Shown: positions 38,801-52,991 of the stretch, piece by piece | How positions within the stretch are numbered: the stretch's first letter is position 1 | Layout of the letters: every line of letters starts with the position of its first letter | Assembly: GCF_964355755.1 (NCBI RefSeq) | Contig: NC_092671.1 | Span: 6,510,001-6,574,000 of the forward strand | Length of the DNA stretch: 64,000 bases | DNA from: Antedon mediterranea | Taxonomy: Eukaryota > Animalia > Echinodermata | Direction of reading: 5' to 3' | Notes under the pieces: model-generated | What the model was told of the DNA's origin: nothing | The model's input: only the letters and a program-made list of their open reading frames with translations | The model's database searches: none | Position numbers and translations under genes: made by a program

Positions 38801-41258
38801 AGTGTCCAAGCACCTGTATAACAGATGTAGTGATGGATTGATAGTACTTTGCGGCATTAAACCCCAAGCTTTCAATTTCGGCGTATTTTTAGCGTTACTC
38901 ATACTACCCGTACATCAGTCATATTGAAAACGTGCGCTGTTATCATGTCACTAAAGAATGCCGGATTACTATAAAGAAAGAAGTTCATGTACATAAAACT
39001 ATTCCGGGCATATACAAACTAAAGTTTTTAAATAAACGAAATTTCTATTTTGATCATGATCATCGTCGTAGGCCCATTGCATGACCAGGGAAATTTCACT
39101 CTTCCCTGGCATGACAATTCTGCCGGATTAGTTTAAAAATGGATCAATTAAAAAAAAAAATTATATTATTTTTTATTTAAAAAAAAACCTAGACCAGATA
39201 ATGTTGTATAGATATTTAAACTGGTAATTTTGAATAGACTAAGTACCACTTTTCATAGGTTTAGTTGTCATTCTCATTTGTTTAACCAGATAATTTTAAA
39301 TACATTATTTTGAACAGACTACGCCTTTATACACCATTGAATAATAATATTCTTTCTTCTCACGTGTATATGATTTGTCTGTGTTTACCAACAAGACCCT
39401 ATTTTAATAGTATTTGTCAAATGTTGATATTATCGTAAACTAAAGGTTTCAGATTGATGATAAACTGTCATCAACATTAGCCGGAATAAATCGATTCATT
39501 GTGGAAAATCCGTTATTAGGCCTAATCACCATAGTTTAAGTTTTTGATAAAATATAACCCCAAGATCAAGAACCTAGACGTGGGAAGAACATGTCTCGGA
39601 GCTTAGAATTGACACAGTGTCCTTTTTTTCTCTCCCAAAGGGAAAATATTTAAGATTTTCTGGTATCCATCTTCGCATTTCATCAGAACGATACGATCTC
39701 AAATATTTCTCATAATTTCTCCAAAAAAAGTTGAAGTAAAGTACTTGCGTCACAGATGTTGCCGAACTTAATACTGTTTAATCCGTTTAATCCGTCTAAT
39801 CCAGCTTCATATATCCAACCATGGCGGAAATCCCTAGCTCTTACCTTTTATTTATTTCTGTAAAGACTTGTATCCGTACATATTAAAATCTCATTAGGGT
39901 TTCGCAGCAATTAAAATATCGTTATTATACTTTATAGTTACTCCTATTTACACGAAGGATTTAAGTGGATTTGTTTAACGATATGATCTCTGCGTGCATC
40001 AATTTAATTCATATGGCCTAAAACATTTTAATATTGATAATTAACAGAAATCAAATTGGGTTTCGGGATTATTTGTATCGGGATCAACTAGTACTTATTT
40101 ATGTTTATATCAAAAATTTGAATTATTGCCTTCTAAATTCGTTCAATATTTATTGATGATGGCCTGCTCAGGAGCGGACCTATTTGAAATAAGCGATTTA
40201 TTCGGCAGAAACAGGCCCATGGAAACGGGATAACAAACACGAAGTGGACATTTTTTACCCAAACATATTATATGCAGTATTCCAAAAAAAAAATTACAAG
40301 TATTGTCTCCTTACAATTTCACCTGTTTTTCCAGAAGAATAAAACAAAATAAAAACATTTCCCGGGCTGATTGACAAATGTAGCATTCATTCTTAAACAT
40401 CTGGAGAAAAAAAACTCCTATATATAGACATGGCATTTACAATTTACAGAATACTTAATTCGTTTTCAATTAGAATACAAATGTTGACAATTTACTTCTT
40501 AAGTAGTTATAATCAGATTAACCTAAAATGTATTTCAGTTCAAGTTCATAACAATTGTGTATCAATTAGCATGCAGTTATAATCGTCTAAAATGTTTATC
40601 TTAACAATTGTTGCTTGCTTATGTTTTTGATGCTGCAATGTATATTGTGACATGCGGATAAGTTTTGACATAGTTAAAAATACTTAAACAGAGCATTATT
40701 GAATTCTATATGAAATCCGGGAATTTTATATCAATCCAGGGAAGAATGAAGTTTCATTCTTCTCTGATCAATCTAAATAAAGAGGAGTTGAAGGCCTAAT
40801 ACAATATACATAATTACAGATAGTAAACAGCTTTTCACTTCACTATATTTTGATAATACGGTAAATCTTGAAATTTTCGAAAAGTTGCGGTGGTTTCACC
40901 AACATTTAAAAGTTGAAACGGGCATGAAATAAGAACATTATAATCCTGGCAAAACATTGATTATTATGACCCAAAAGTTTTTGGTTTTTTTTACAAAATA
41001 TAAAAGGTCTATTAATTTAATATAAAGTTATAAAGGTCAATGGAACAGGAAATGGTGTCAATGTTAGTGACGAAATTTACGAAATGTTTTGCCCTTGAGA
41101 GTTATCGCACTGAGAGTTCATCGAGTATTAATACGATTGCTTCCTTTTATTGCAAGAACTTTGCTACTTTTATTACTGATTAAAGTATTTGAATCTAAAT
41201 TTGATACCTATAATTGATTTAGAGGCATGTCGTGCAATAGTCAACTATGCATCTATTA

Positions 41259-42340
41259 GACCCCATTTACACTTCATCGACGATTTCTTAGCCGGCCCGA
41301 AGTCGGCCCGACGCCGGCTTTCTTTTTAGCCCGCAATGTGTTTACACTTACCCAAAAAGCCGGCCTCGGGCCCTTACTATTGCGTTTACACTTGCTCTCG
41401 CGGAAGAGTGCTCGATGATACGATTTCGCTACATTCACGTCATATCCGCTCATGTGCGTCTTAAAAAGTTAATATTATAAGCGTTGTCGATCTACACTAG
41501 GCCTAGGCCTATCAACTTTATCAAAAAAGAATCAAATAACGGTATTTAATATGGATCAAAACAATTGCATTATTGCTTTACTACTAATGTTTGCGTCTCG
41601 TTTTCTAAAGAATAGTAGTAGATCATACGCCTTTTTCACGAAACGGAAGACATCTTCGATCGATGATTCTTTACTCCATGATCGATGACAACACAAACAA
41701 TGCCGTTCAACGAAGCGTAACCAACAGATATAACATAGCGTTTTCAGCCTATTTTCGGAGGACAAGTTACTTAAAAATTCGTAACTTCTCAACGGACAGT
41801 CGTATGGACAACATTTTTTACTGTAAAATGTTCTTTAAAGATTAGCCTATAGAACTGTGTGATTAAAAAAAATTATAATTTTTTTTTTCACTTCTTAAGT
41901 CCATCGAAAAAAACACCACAGTTTATAAGCATAGGCGCCGCATGGTGTCCTGAAATCCCCTGAAAACGCTATGTTATTTCTGTTGGTTACGCTTCGTTGC
42001 ACACGGCATTGTTTGTCATAGATCGTGAAAAAGGCGTATACATCTTCACCAATTTAATTTCAATGAAGAATTTCCGATTCATCAGCAATAAGTTTCGTAA
42101 ACTTAAAGCTATAGTTGACACAGAACGTTCATTTTATGACCGCGAGTGTTTACACTATACGAAGTGCCGGCCCGAAGCCCGCAATTGCCGGCCCGAAGCC
42201 TACTCTAGACTAGGCTCAAAATTGAGCCGGCTCGAGGCCGGCTCGGTTGTTCCCAGAGTGTTTACACTTGTGCACTTTTGGCTCGGAGCCGGCCTCGAGC
42301 CGGCCTCGGGCTCGCTAAAAGCTGAAGTGTAAATGGGGTC
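41259..42340. mobile_element. Non-autonomous PIF/Harbinger DNA transposon, 1082 bp
   Basis: Perfect 18-bp TIR GACCCCATTTACACTTCA / TGAAGTGTAAATGGGGTC, with a TTA target duplication at 41256-41258 and 42341-42343. No transposase ORF. Confidence 0.88.
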
Positions 42341-45300
42341 TTAGTTCGTAGTTGTTAAGGCACTGTGTATATCAAAAACTTTCAAATTACTGTACTGTAA
42401 TCTATAGAGGTACAGTAATGGTTTAATAATAATAACAATTTATTTGGAATCTACACTTTTGAAACAGTGGCACACTTCTTCAATAAAGGTGCGTCTACAG
42501 TAAGTAAAATAAAAGTAAAATAAAAAGGTTACTTTTCGTTTGTTTACACGGCATGTTATTATTTGGTAAAGGTTTTTTGGTGCCAATGTATTCCGTTGGC
42601 CGGGAATGAAGTGAAATTGTGATTTGCTTTGTTAATTAAATATAATACTGTACTTTTCACTCCGAATATATTAAAAGAAATAACATTGTGAAACATCAGG
42701 TCGTACGTTAACTTTAAAGAATGGTTTATGTTTTGTGAACTTCTGACTTTCAATCCTATGGGAATTTCAATGCCATTGATTTTTTTCTTTCCTGGTACTG
42801 ATTCCGTTTGTGTTCCGTTTTCGGTGCTCCCGAACAATTGTTAAAAAGCTTTTTGCAAAAGCATTGTATTCTGCCACTTGTGGTTTCTTATTAAAGAAAT
42901 AAAATATAAGTGTATGGTTTAAGTTCACGTGCTTATCGGATAATTATTGTTATTTAAGTGAATCAAGAACAAATAAACTAAAGGTGGAAGGATTACTAAT
43001 AGTTAAAATAACAAAATATAAAACAATCAAAACACCGTGATCTACATTGTTATACATAGTGGGCGTGTAGTTTATTTTCAAAAAATGAAGCACTCTTTTG
43101 TTGCCAAGCTCAGCTGTTCTTATCTCTTTTTACCCATTTCAGATTCTTCATTTTGTTACATACATACATACGATAAATCCTAATATCTTCACTCTCATAT
43201 TATTTCCATATTACTGTATATCAATTTCAGCCCGATTGTTCTTTTAGTACGTGCAAATAAAATGAAACAGTAACTTTGTATTCCTAGGTCGATGTTTTTA
43301 CCGAAAACTGGTGTTTCATATTTGAAATATAAAAACTTTCCAAGCATGCAAACTAGCGCAAAAAAATAATAATATAGCAAGTATAGCTAGCTCTTTCTAA
43401 GCTAAACTGGAGATGATCAATGCAGCGCCAGGTTCGCACGTTCTCCATTTTACAGTCAAAATTAAATTATGAAATTTTACATAAATTATAACTTCATGCT
43501 CTTTTTTAAAAAACATATTTAATGAGGGTGATCCATCCATCAATTGCTGATCATTAGGGGACCTTAGTCATAGTACTACCGCTCCCCGTTTCAGAAATCC
43601 TCGATTTCCATAAAATTGATAAATATTTAGGTCATAATAATTTGTTGAATTTGTGTTTGTTTGTTCTCTAATATTCTGTTATTAAAATATTTTCGGTGAT
43701 CAAAATGTGTAACTTTACAAAAATTTGTAATTACTCATGTTATGTCATTGTTCGGAGTTTCTATTTAATGGCCCCTGGATCTGTAATTGTTCTATTGTTA
43801 ATCACGCCCATGTGCCTATCAAGATTGATACAATACTTTTCTTTCTACCTGGAGCTTTCTACAGTATAACAGCCAGTAATTCTTTTCTTGTTGACTGTAA
43901 CTTTATTAGATTTTTGTGGTTGTGGGTAATTATTGAGTAAACAAATGGATTTATTGAAGAACCACCAATTCTCCTGGCTCTTTTCCTCACCTTTTAAAAT
44001 CCAATCTATGATTTAGACTTATGTATGTTGTTTTAGAGCATTACAGTTTGGTTTAAACGTACTTTCGTCTTCAAGTGATGCGCAACAAAAATTATGTTTA
44101 TAGAGCAATAATTTGACAAATCCTCCCAACGTGCTCGACAATGATTCCCCTTGATGGACCAGACCACGCCGGAGCCCAGTTAAAAGTTCTTCTGCCGACT
44201 TGTAGACCTAGGCCTGATGTAAATCACAACCTTGAAGGCAGTTAGGTTGTTTTGATGACTTAATGAGAATACCATATGTACTATACCATTGCCTTTTCCC
44301 ATTGCCTTTTCCCATGGCCTTCGGATATCGTCAACCGCACTTTCCGTCTTGTCACGTGACCGTTTCTTTCATGTTCCAGCCAAGGGAGGCACTTGTAATA
44401 AAAAATAAAAATTACCGGTCATGCTTGGTTTAACCTAAATTAGTTCTTGTTTAATAATACTAAGAGCATTTTCTTCCAGAAAGGACCAATAGACATTGAT
44501 CAGCTATATTCTGTGTGGATATGTATTGTAATGCTATAATGTTGCCCCAATTTACTAATCCTACCAAAAAATTGAGGTGATATTATTCATGGCGGTCAAG
44601 GATTTCAAAATGCGCAGGTGCTAAAAATGCATATTTGAAACCAATAAAATATGGGATGCACATGGGCCTGCTCAGATATGACGCATTATCGAAACTAGTG
44701 ATTAATTTCTTAAATTTAACACTTAACTGTAACAATTATAAACATTGCCAGTACAACAGAATGGAAGCAAACCTTTGTAAACGGAAATGTGAGTGGTCGC
44801 CTGGGTATTTTGTAATCTATTGGGAATTCTTTTCTAAACCTTTAAAAACACTTCTCATTCTTCCATAGCCGTTCATTTCCGTACCGGTATTATGTACCGG
44901 TATACATTCGTTTTATGACGGGTATAGTATCTTTCTTACATTATTATAGTGGTTGTTTTTTGCAGTTTACCGGCGTACCTCCAAATTGGGATTACCTAGT
45001 CTTAACAATAATTAGGTCTAACACTGAATAATATAATAACGTTATTGTAAACCTTGGTTGTGTAGTCATACACATTATTATCATTCTAATGAGACCGGAA
45101 CCTGTCTCCCAATAGCATAGTATAGTAAAAACGGGTTTCCTTCGTTTTGAGTGACCGTTTTAATTACCGTAGTTGTACAAATAAAATTAATGTAACTTTT
45201 AAAAAGTACATCATAACGAATATATAAATTGTAATAAGACTTCATGGCAAAGTACCAGTTTGATAAGTCTCTTGTTGCAACCATAATGTTGTTTTTGATG

Positions 45301-45552
45301 TGATGTTACTCATCCTCTGGACCTCTCCCACGAAATAAATATTTAGAGGATTTAGTTTTGAACGAATGAACCATTTTGAAACTGTATTGAAATCATTAAA
45401 TTTCAAAAAGAACACTGCACATTAAATTTGAATCATTGTTGAATCCTTGCGTAAATTAGGACTACGATACGATACGATAAACATACTATTTAATTTAAAA
45501 TGAAAACGAATCTGTGTAATTTACTATAATGATATTATATTTATATTTCTAG

Positions 45553-45725
45553 GTTCGTCAGAACATGGTTTTAAAATTGATATAAACACAAAACCCAGGA
45601 AAGAACGGACGGCGTTTACAAAAGAACAAGTTCGGGAATTAGAAAATGAGTTTCAACACCACAACTACCTAACACGGCTACGGCGATATGAAATAGCAGT
45701 TACACTTAACCTTACAGAAAGACAG
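45553..45725 (+). CDS. Mox: Mox/Meox coding exon 3 (homeodomain helices 1-2; not in ORF track)
   Basis: ttctag| acceptor and cag|gtaagt donor. Encodes [57 protein letters not shown], with the diagnostic Mox signature [14 protein letters not shown]. Confidence 0.97.
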
Positions 45726-46978
45726 GTAAGTGTATTTAAAAGAACTGTATCGTGTCTAGAGACAATTAACTGGGGGGAATTTTAATGCCAATCCACGGTA
45801 ACACTTAGTCCCATCCATAACACGCCTATGCTAAAGGTAGTGTCACGAAACATACAAGAAAGGAAAATTATTTATTATGTTAAAATAAATAGAAATACTG
45901 TATATTGAAACCAATAACAATAATTAAAAATATCTTAATATTATTAACAATTTAAGTGTTAAATTTAAATAAAAATTATGGTTTTATGATTTTAAAAAAG
46001 CGCCCTCTATTTAAAATCTGGGAAATTCCTGTTTTGCTGTGGAATATTTATCTAAATCATATGTTTAATTGTATGAAAATGCTGCCCCTGGTAAGAAATT
46101 AGTTAAATAATATTGATAAATAGTTATTATATTTAATAGATCTATATTATTAAATTCACAAGAATTAAGGAATTCGCATGTCATGTTCCCAGAATAGTTT
46201 TTAGTTGTTTAATTAAACGAATGTTAGGCTTAATGAGATTGACAATCCTTCATATGGTTCATTACATCACTATAGTAATGTCACGAGAAGCTTATTATAA
46301 ACGCATTCAGACAGTAATGTTGACGCGAAAATCCCTCTGATTGATCCAAGCCCACCATCCTAACGACTGATTCTGAACAGCAAACAGACAGTTCACATCA
46401 TCTTCAAGGTGTGCTAAGGTGAAGAATGGTCACGATTTTTCAGGTCCAACGGGCAGGTCGTGTGTCGGTTTCAAGAATCGGTCATTTGGAAAAATGCCCG
46501 ATCGTTTCCAAATGGTTCCTGTATTGCCCGCAGATGCCAGAATGTATAGGGGTGTTTAGTGAAGCTTAATGCTATAGCTGACAGATTAACATGTAAACAT
46601 GTGTTTAGTTGGGAAATAATCAATATCAAATTTAAAGACGTCTGCTTCACGATTCACCGCCGGATGGCGGGCTACGTCCCTATATTTAGGCCTGCTTTTT
46701 TACCCGATTCTCAATGCTGTATATCCACATACAACTTGCCCAGTATTATGGAATATTTGGTAATGCATCATCTCACTTGTATTACATGTTGTGCCTGTAC
46801 TATAGTAGTTATGGATATGAGGAGATCCACATAACGTGAACTATTCCTATGATGATACTGTAGAAATCTAGATACAGTTCCGAGAATCGTGTGGCCTTGT
46901 TTAATTTTATCGAACTTTGAAAGTATTCTTTAGAAAAGACCTTCTAATAACATTTTGATATATTTAGCTATATGAAAG

Positions 46979-47694
46979 GGGTATTGCTAAACCCCGCAAA
47001 CCCCCGCAAACCTCCCAAAAAACATAGCAAACCCCACCGAACCAACAAAAAAGTGATTGAATCATGTAGTGTACGACCCACTCGGTATATCAATGTAAAA
47101 AAAAAAAATTAAATTTCTACTGTTAACAACTTATTTTTGGGGTAAAACATAATTTTTTGGTCAAAAATGATTGCTAAACCCCGCAAACCTCCAAAAAACC
47201 ATAGCAAACTCCACCGAACCAACATAAAAGTGATTGAATCATGTAGTGTACAACCCACTGGGTATATAAAATATTAAATTTCTACTGTTAACTACTTATT
47301 TTGGGGATAAAACATCATTTTTTGGTTAAAAATTAGCAATCATTTTTGACCAACAAATGATGTTTTACCTCCAAAATAAGTAGTTAACAGTAAAAATGTA
47401 ATATTTTTTTTACATGGATATACCCAGTGGGTTGTACACTACATGATTCGATCACTTTTATGTTGGTTTGGTGAGGTTTATTATATTTTTTTGGAGGTTT
47501 GCAGGGTTTAGCAATCATTTTTTACCAAAAAATTATGTTTTACCCCCAAAATAAGTAGTTAACAGTAAAAATGTAATATTTTTTTTACATGGATATACCC
47601 AGTGGGTTGTACACTACATGATTCAATCACTTTTATGTTGATTCGGTGGGGTTTGCTATGTTTTTTTGGAGGTTTGCGGGGTTTAGCAATACCC
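46979..47694. mobile_element. Foldback-type non-autonomous DNA transposon, copy 1 (716 bp, 8-bp TSD)
   Basis: Ends GGGTATTGCTAAACCCCGCAAAC...GTTTGCGGGGTTTAGCAATACCC, with TATGAAAG duplicated at 46971-46978 and 47695-47702. The whole element is an inverted repeat built from ~180-190-bp subunits. Confidence 0.92.
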
Positions 47695-48445
47695 TATGAA
47701 AGTGCATACCGACTAGTTAGCGACAAAATGGACTCAAAGCCAAAGAGGGAATAATTTTTAGAGATTAGTCGGGGTACCACTAATATATTATTTATTTATT
47801 CCCTTTTTAACAACACAAAAACTCGCTTCTTTTTAGCGCAATTGTTAAGCAAATACTGTAAATTCTATCGTCGTAGTTAAAACCGTAGACGGCTAAAGAA
47901 AAACATACTTCCATGGTAAAACATTGATGTCACCCTTTGAACTGATTTTACAGTAAAGCATTTTTCTGAAAGGGTTTAGCCGACACCGGTCAATAAATGC
48001 TTCCAAACCAGACAGAGAAACAAATATACGGAACGCAAATATTGGTCTATTGCTTCCGATACCATTCCTTAACAGACGTTTGGCGACACCTTAAAAGTTT
48101 AGTACCTTTCTTTGGTGTCGGAAAAGTGATTTTTGCCTGTTTTAAATGCACGTTTGAGACACATTTTGGGAACTTGATAACCACTTAGTTTCGAAAACAC
48201 GAAATAGGTAGTTAGTGTAACTGTTATTTCGACAACGAAGTGTTAAAAATGTACATGTAAGAGACTTGATTACCCGTTTCTACGTCGCACTTCGTAAAAT
48301 AACAGTTCGTCGCATTTGATGTATAACTGCATCAGTTTGTTTACACAGTCTATTGTATATTTCATTTTAATACCATATTTATTTAATCTTAAAGTAATTA
48401 CTAGAAAGGAAAATGTGCTTCAATTCACCCTTGTTATAGAAAGTG

Positions 48446-48530
48446 TTACAAAGTGCGACAGCTCAATGTTTTACCATTATTATTAGCCTACAAAGTGCGA
48501 CAAATCAGTTATATTACAAAGTGTGACAAC
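48446..48530. repeat. Second cluster of TACAAAGTG(C/T)GACA motifs
   Basis: Three copies of the same motif seen at 31017-31270. Confidence 0.7.
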
Positions 48531-51390
48531 TGTATTACATTTAATTTATATTATTATTCAGGGAACATTTTCGCCAGTGTAGCGTAGCAAAAAGCTATAC
48601 AAAACAACATTATTGCTACACATTTTGAAAATTGTGTAGCAAAAAATACAATACAAAACTATGTTTCTCGACTTAAAAATCAGTTGGATTAGCAATATTG
48701 CTAAACAAAATTTGTAAATGAAAATTTTCCCTGTTATTATAATAAAGGTCGACACTTAATTCACCAAATTTATGCTATAGGCCTACTGCAGTCAAAAGTA
48801 TTGTTGTGCATGTTTGTTCTCATATGGCTTTAACATTAAAATAGCATTTTATGTTGTTAAATTCATAGAAAATGATTGTGTAGATATAAATCAAAGTAAA
48901 TTAACTCTTAATTTGAATTATTATGAGCTTACCCATAAATATAGTATGATTTATGTCGCTTCATCCAGCCGTCGTCATCATATCTTATAATATATTATAC
49001 ACAACACATTAGTATGTACTCAATATCGCGTATGTCTGTCATTGATTTATATCCAAAGTGTGTTCTTATGTGGTCATTTTGAAACGCTCGCTGACGTTTC
49101 TTTCAACTATACTGTACTGGTATGACCTTTTATGTATGTAATCCCATCCCATCACATTCGAGTTTTCTTGATATTACAGTATTCAATGTAATGCACGGCA
49201 GTAGGCCTACTTACTTTTGTTTATTTTAAAACATTTTCCAACTACACGTAGTATGTACCACGACAAGTCAAAGGCCTGCAGTAGGCCTATAGTGTTTGAT
49301 GACGGCAATCCATAACAGTAACACTTATAATTGTAAATAAAGTATTTGTCTTATTTGTATGAATGTAAAAATCATAATGAATAAAACAATGTTAATGATG
49401 ATGGAATAAAAATGGGAAATCTTCAAAAGATAAAAACAAAATATTTGTTTTTGTTTCAAAATAATGTTATATTTTTACTTTCATCGACAAAATGTTATTT
49501 ACATGTAATGTGTAACATCTTCCATTTAAAGCTGAATAATAGCCGTTAGCTCAGGCATAACTGTGCCTACCCCAACATTTGAACTTATTTTTTTTGCCTA
49601 TAAAAGCAATGTAACTGTAAATTTTAAAATATGTTCGAGTATATACACAAGGAGAAATGTTACTATGAATGAAAGGATTTATGTTCTAATTTTCAGCAAC
49701 ATTAACGTATTTAATGTATAATTTTAAACAATGCCAATACTTTGTTAAGTAATAAATGAATTGTTTATATTATGATATAGCATTTACACGTCTGAAAGCA
49801 TCATAATATAACGTCAATGTATGTAACTTGACACGTATTTATAAACGGTTTGTTTATGTTTCATGAATGAATGCTGCTTCATTTTGAAATGTACGCATCA
49901 TTTCAGTTCAACGATTTCTACATACATTTCAGCGGTTCCAAATAAGTACCTTCAAAGAAATAACCAATACAATATAACAATCATTAACAGTCACATGTAA
50001 TGTTGGAAAATCTTGTGTAAGTTTCTATAAGTTTCCGTTAAACGACGACTTTCTTTTTAAACTTTAAAATGTGTCATTGTTTGATAACATACAAAAACAT
50101 ATTGTTTATTATATATTGAAATAAGGTACATACTAAATGTATCAATATTGAAAATGATCATTTTATTTAAAAGGAGTAAAAACTATTTCTGAGGTACAGA
50201 TTAATTTGTCCTTATCGTTATATTTATTCAAAGTTTTCTGATGGAAATCTAAAGAAGTAGGCCTATGATAAACAAGAAATGACATGATAATATAAATAAG
50301 GCCTAACAAATTCTAAAATTAGATAGTAAAATTTATTCATACCACCGACTAAATTGATTAATTTTACCAATAATTGCATTTCTAAAATAGGCCTAAAACT
50401 AAATATACATGCATTACCGGAATCTGCTGAAAATCATAGGTAGGTGACACAATAATATATTAATACTCTAGATCTAAAATCAACAATCCATTTTGAAATA
50501 ACTGGTAACCGTAAATCTTTCAGTTGTGAACTAAGCACGGACTGACATTCTGGTCGTTTTATTTTGCTTTATTGGTTGTCGTTAAAATCGTGTTCATCTT
50601 GCTGCTCATACTTCACTATAATGATCAATAAATTCAACATCATCAGTAGACAATTTCCATAATGTCCAATCTGTTATAACCTTTGACCCAGGAAAAAGAA
50701 TTATGACAGTTTTGGTTAGCATTCCACCTATTCATTTGGGAGTACTTATTATTAAACTCTGTTTAATGTCAACACTTTTGGTGCTTTTTCTGTCAAGACG
50801 GGGTAAACTAGATTGGCCCCAAGATGGTATTGCAATGAGATCAGCCGTTATTAAGACATAAATCAGTAGCCTCTTCTATAATACCATTGCAACTTTAGAC
50901 GTAAAGTCTACCAATACAATTTCACCGTTCTTTGTATACGGTACCTACTACGGTACTCAAAATATTGCAATTTTTTCTGATTTGTCATGAACACTAAACT
51001 GTTGCTGTATTTATGTAGCGTTCTGGTTTAAGTAAATTAACTATTATTATTATAGAAATCATTAGGCCTACTAATGAATTCAAAATAGCGTTTACAATTC
51101 ATTTGTATTAACTCAATTCTCAATACAGTATTATGTTTTTTAATACAAAGTGATCGTAATATAATTGTATATAGTAACATTAACAAGAATCAGCTTAATA
51201 TTATTAATAATAATAGTAATAATATATTTTAATACACATAAATATGTCTTGTTCTTTGTATTATTTTAAGTTAATACGGCAATTGATATTACCAATCAAT
51301 TAAATTGTTAATATTGATGACATCTTGGTACGATATACTTAGGAGTGTACTGATATTTCAGATACAAAAAAATAGTATCGGTACTGTTTA

Positions 51391-52991
51391 TTAGTTATCC
51401 GCTTGGTATACCAAGCGGATAACTCCTTGTTATTGTATGAGATCAACATTTTTTTTCTGTATTATTCTTCTTTCCTTCCTTCCTTTTTTGTGAGTCGCGT
51501 TTCTCTAAAATGTGTAAACATAACATTTCATAACTTTGACAACATATGGGCATTTACGTGAAGTTGTGCACCTCCTATTTTTGAATGACGTCATAGTTGC
51601 GCAACGTGACTTACGCGCAATTTTATGAATTTCAATGATTGATCATAGATTAAAAACCAAAAGTCATTTAGTATTGACACTTTGACAAAATTTAAGTCAT
51701 ATCAGGGGCAAACTTTCTACGGATTAAAAATGGCATGTTTCACAAGAAGTTACGCGCGCACGCGCATTTAAAATTTCAAAATGCGCAAAATTAATTTCTA
51801 CTCAATTTCTTTTTACGCGTTTCATGTCATTTTGAGCATGTCAAAAATTCCCACGGGCGCGCATTTTTTTACGCACGCGGTGCGCACGTAGCGATAAAAA
51901 CATATTTTTTTCTCTTGAATTATATTTTTCAAGCCTTTCCTAGTAATTTTGAAAACAATTTAGACCTTTTCCAGTTTAAATAACGCCATACGAACACGTT
52001 GAATTAGACAATTTGTGCGCGTTTTTTATGAAAAAGCTTAAAAATCATCAAAATAATGTCTTTTTTTAAACAGTCATAGTTTCTAAAGTAAACCGTGAAC
52101 CGTTTATTTTTATTACAAAATCTAGAAGTTGATGAGTTGCAGATATCGGATCATGCATCGATAAGGCTAAAAAAACATTGTGACGTAATCGTATGGCCAC
52201 ACGAATGTAAAATATAGGATTTTTGTCTGTTTCGTTATTGCTCATCACATTCAATGGAGCGCATCACGCTTATCTGTATTCCTTTTTCTCCTATATTTAT
52301 ATATTGTCTAGGTCAATCAACTTTCTTTAGCATGAGATAAAAATATTTTAATTTTTATAACGTCATCATGCCTAAAAATTTTAATTACGTGGGTCATTAA
52401 TTTCATATTTACAGTAAATTTTAATCTGTAATAGCTCGTAAGAATAAAATGTGATAATCACGATTAAAACGTTTTCTGGAAGCTATAGGATTGTAGATAC
52501 GAATTCATGTAAACATTTTGCCAATCGGATGTTGTGACGTCATCATATTGCCAGTTGAATAAAAAAAGTCGTATTTTCATATTTTGCGTAATAGTTCATC
52601 ACATTTAAAAGGGTGCGCATCTATATTTTACGTATTCAAATTTCTTCTACACGTTAATATGTTGTTCCTGAGATAATTTCCTTCTGAAATTGTTAATTAA
52701 GTGTTTCATTTTGATACCGTCGCCATGTTAAAAATTGGAATAAATGGCGGGTCCCGTAATTTCACCTATTCTACACTGTATGTAATATGTATACAGATTA
52801 TACTGTTTGCATGTATATACTATATGACACAAAATTGACAGAATTCAGCACTAACAGCATATCATATTCTTCAGTTCTTGTCATAATGCCATAATCTTTA
52901 TCTGTGTGCAATATTCCAACGTATGACGTGCACGTGGCGTTTGTCGTTGTGCGGATAACTAACTCGTCAAAGTGACGAGTTTCATGTCTAG
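51391..52991 (+). mobile_element. Non-autonomous Helentron/Helitron2-like element, about 1.6 kb
   Basis: The 5' TTAGTTATCCGC is inverted at 52951-52962 (GCGGATAACTAA). There is a 32-bp perfect palindrome at 51393-51424 and a (CTTC)n-like tract near the 5' end. A 3' hairpin AACTCGTCA-AAG-TGACGAGTT (52961-52981) is followed by CTAG|T. Confidence 0.8.

Noticed and set aside
41556-42332. Harbinger transposase or Myb ORFs inside the element
   Set aside because: Short ORFs without DDE or Trp-repeat motifs that I could recognise.
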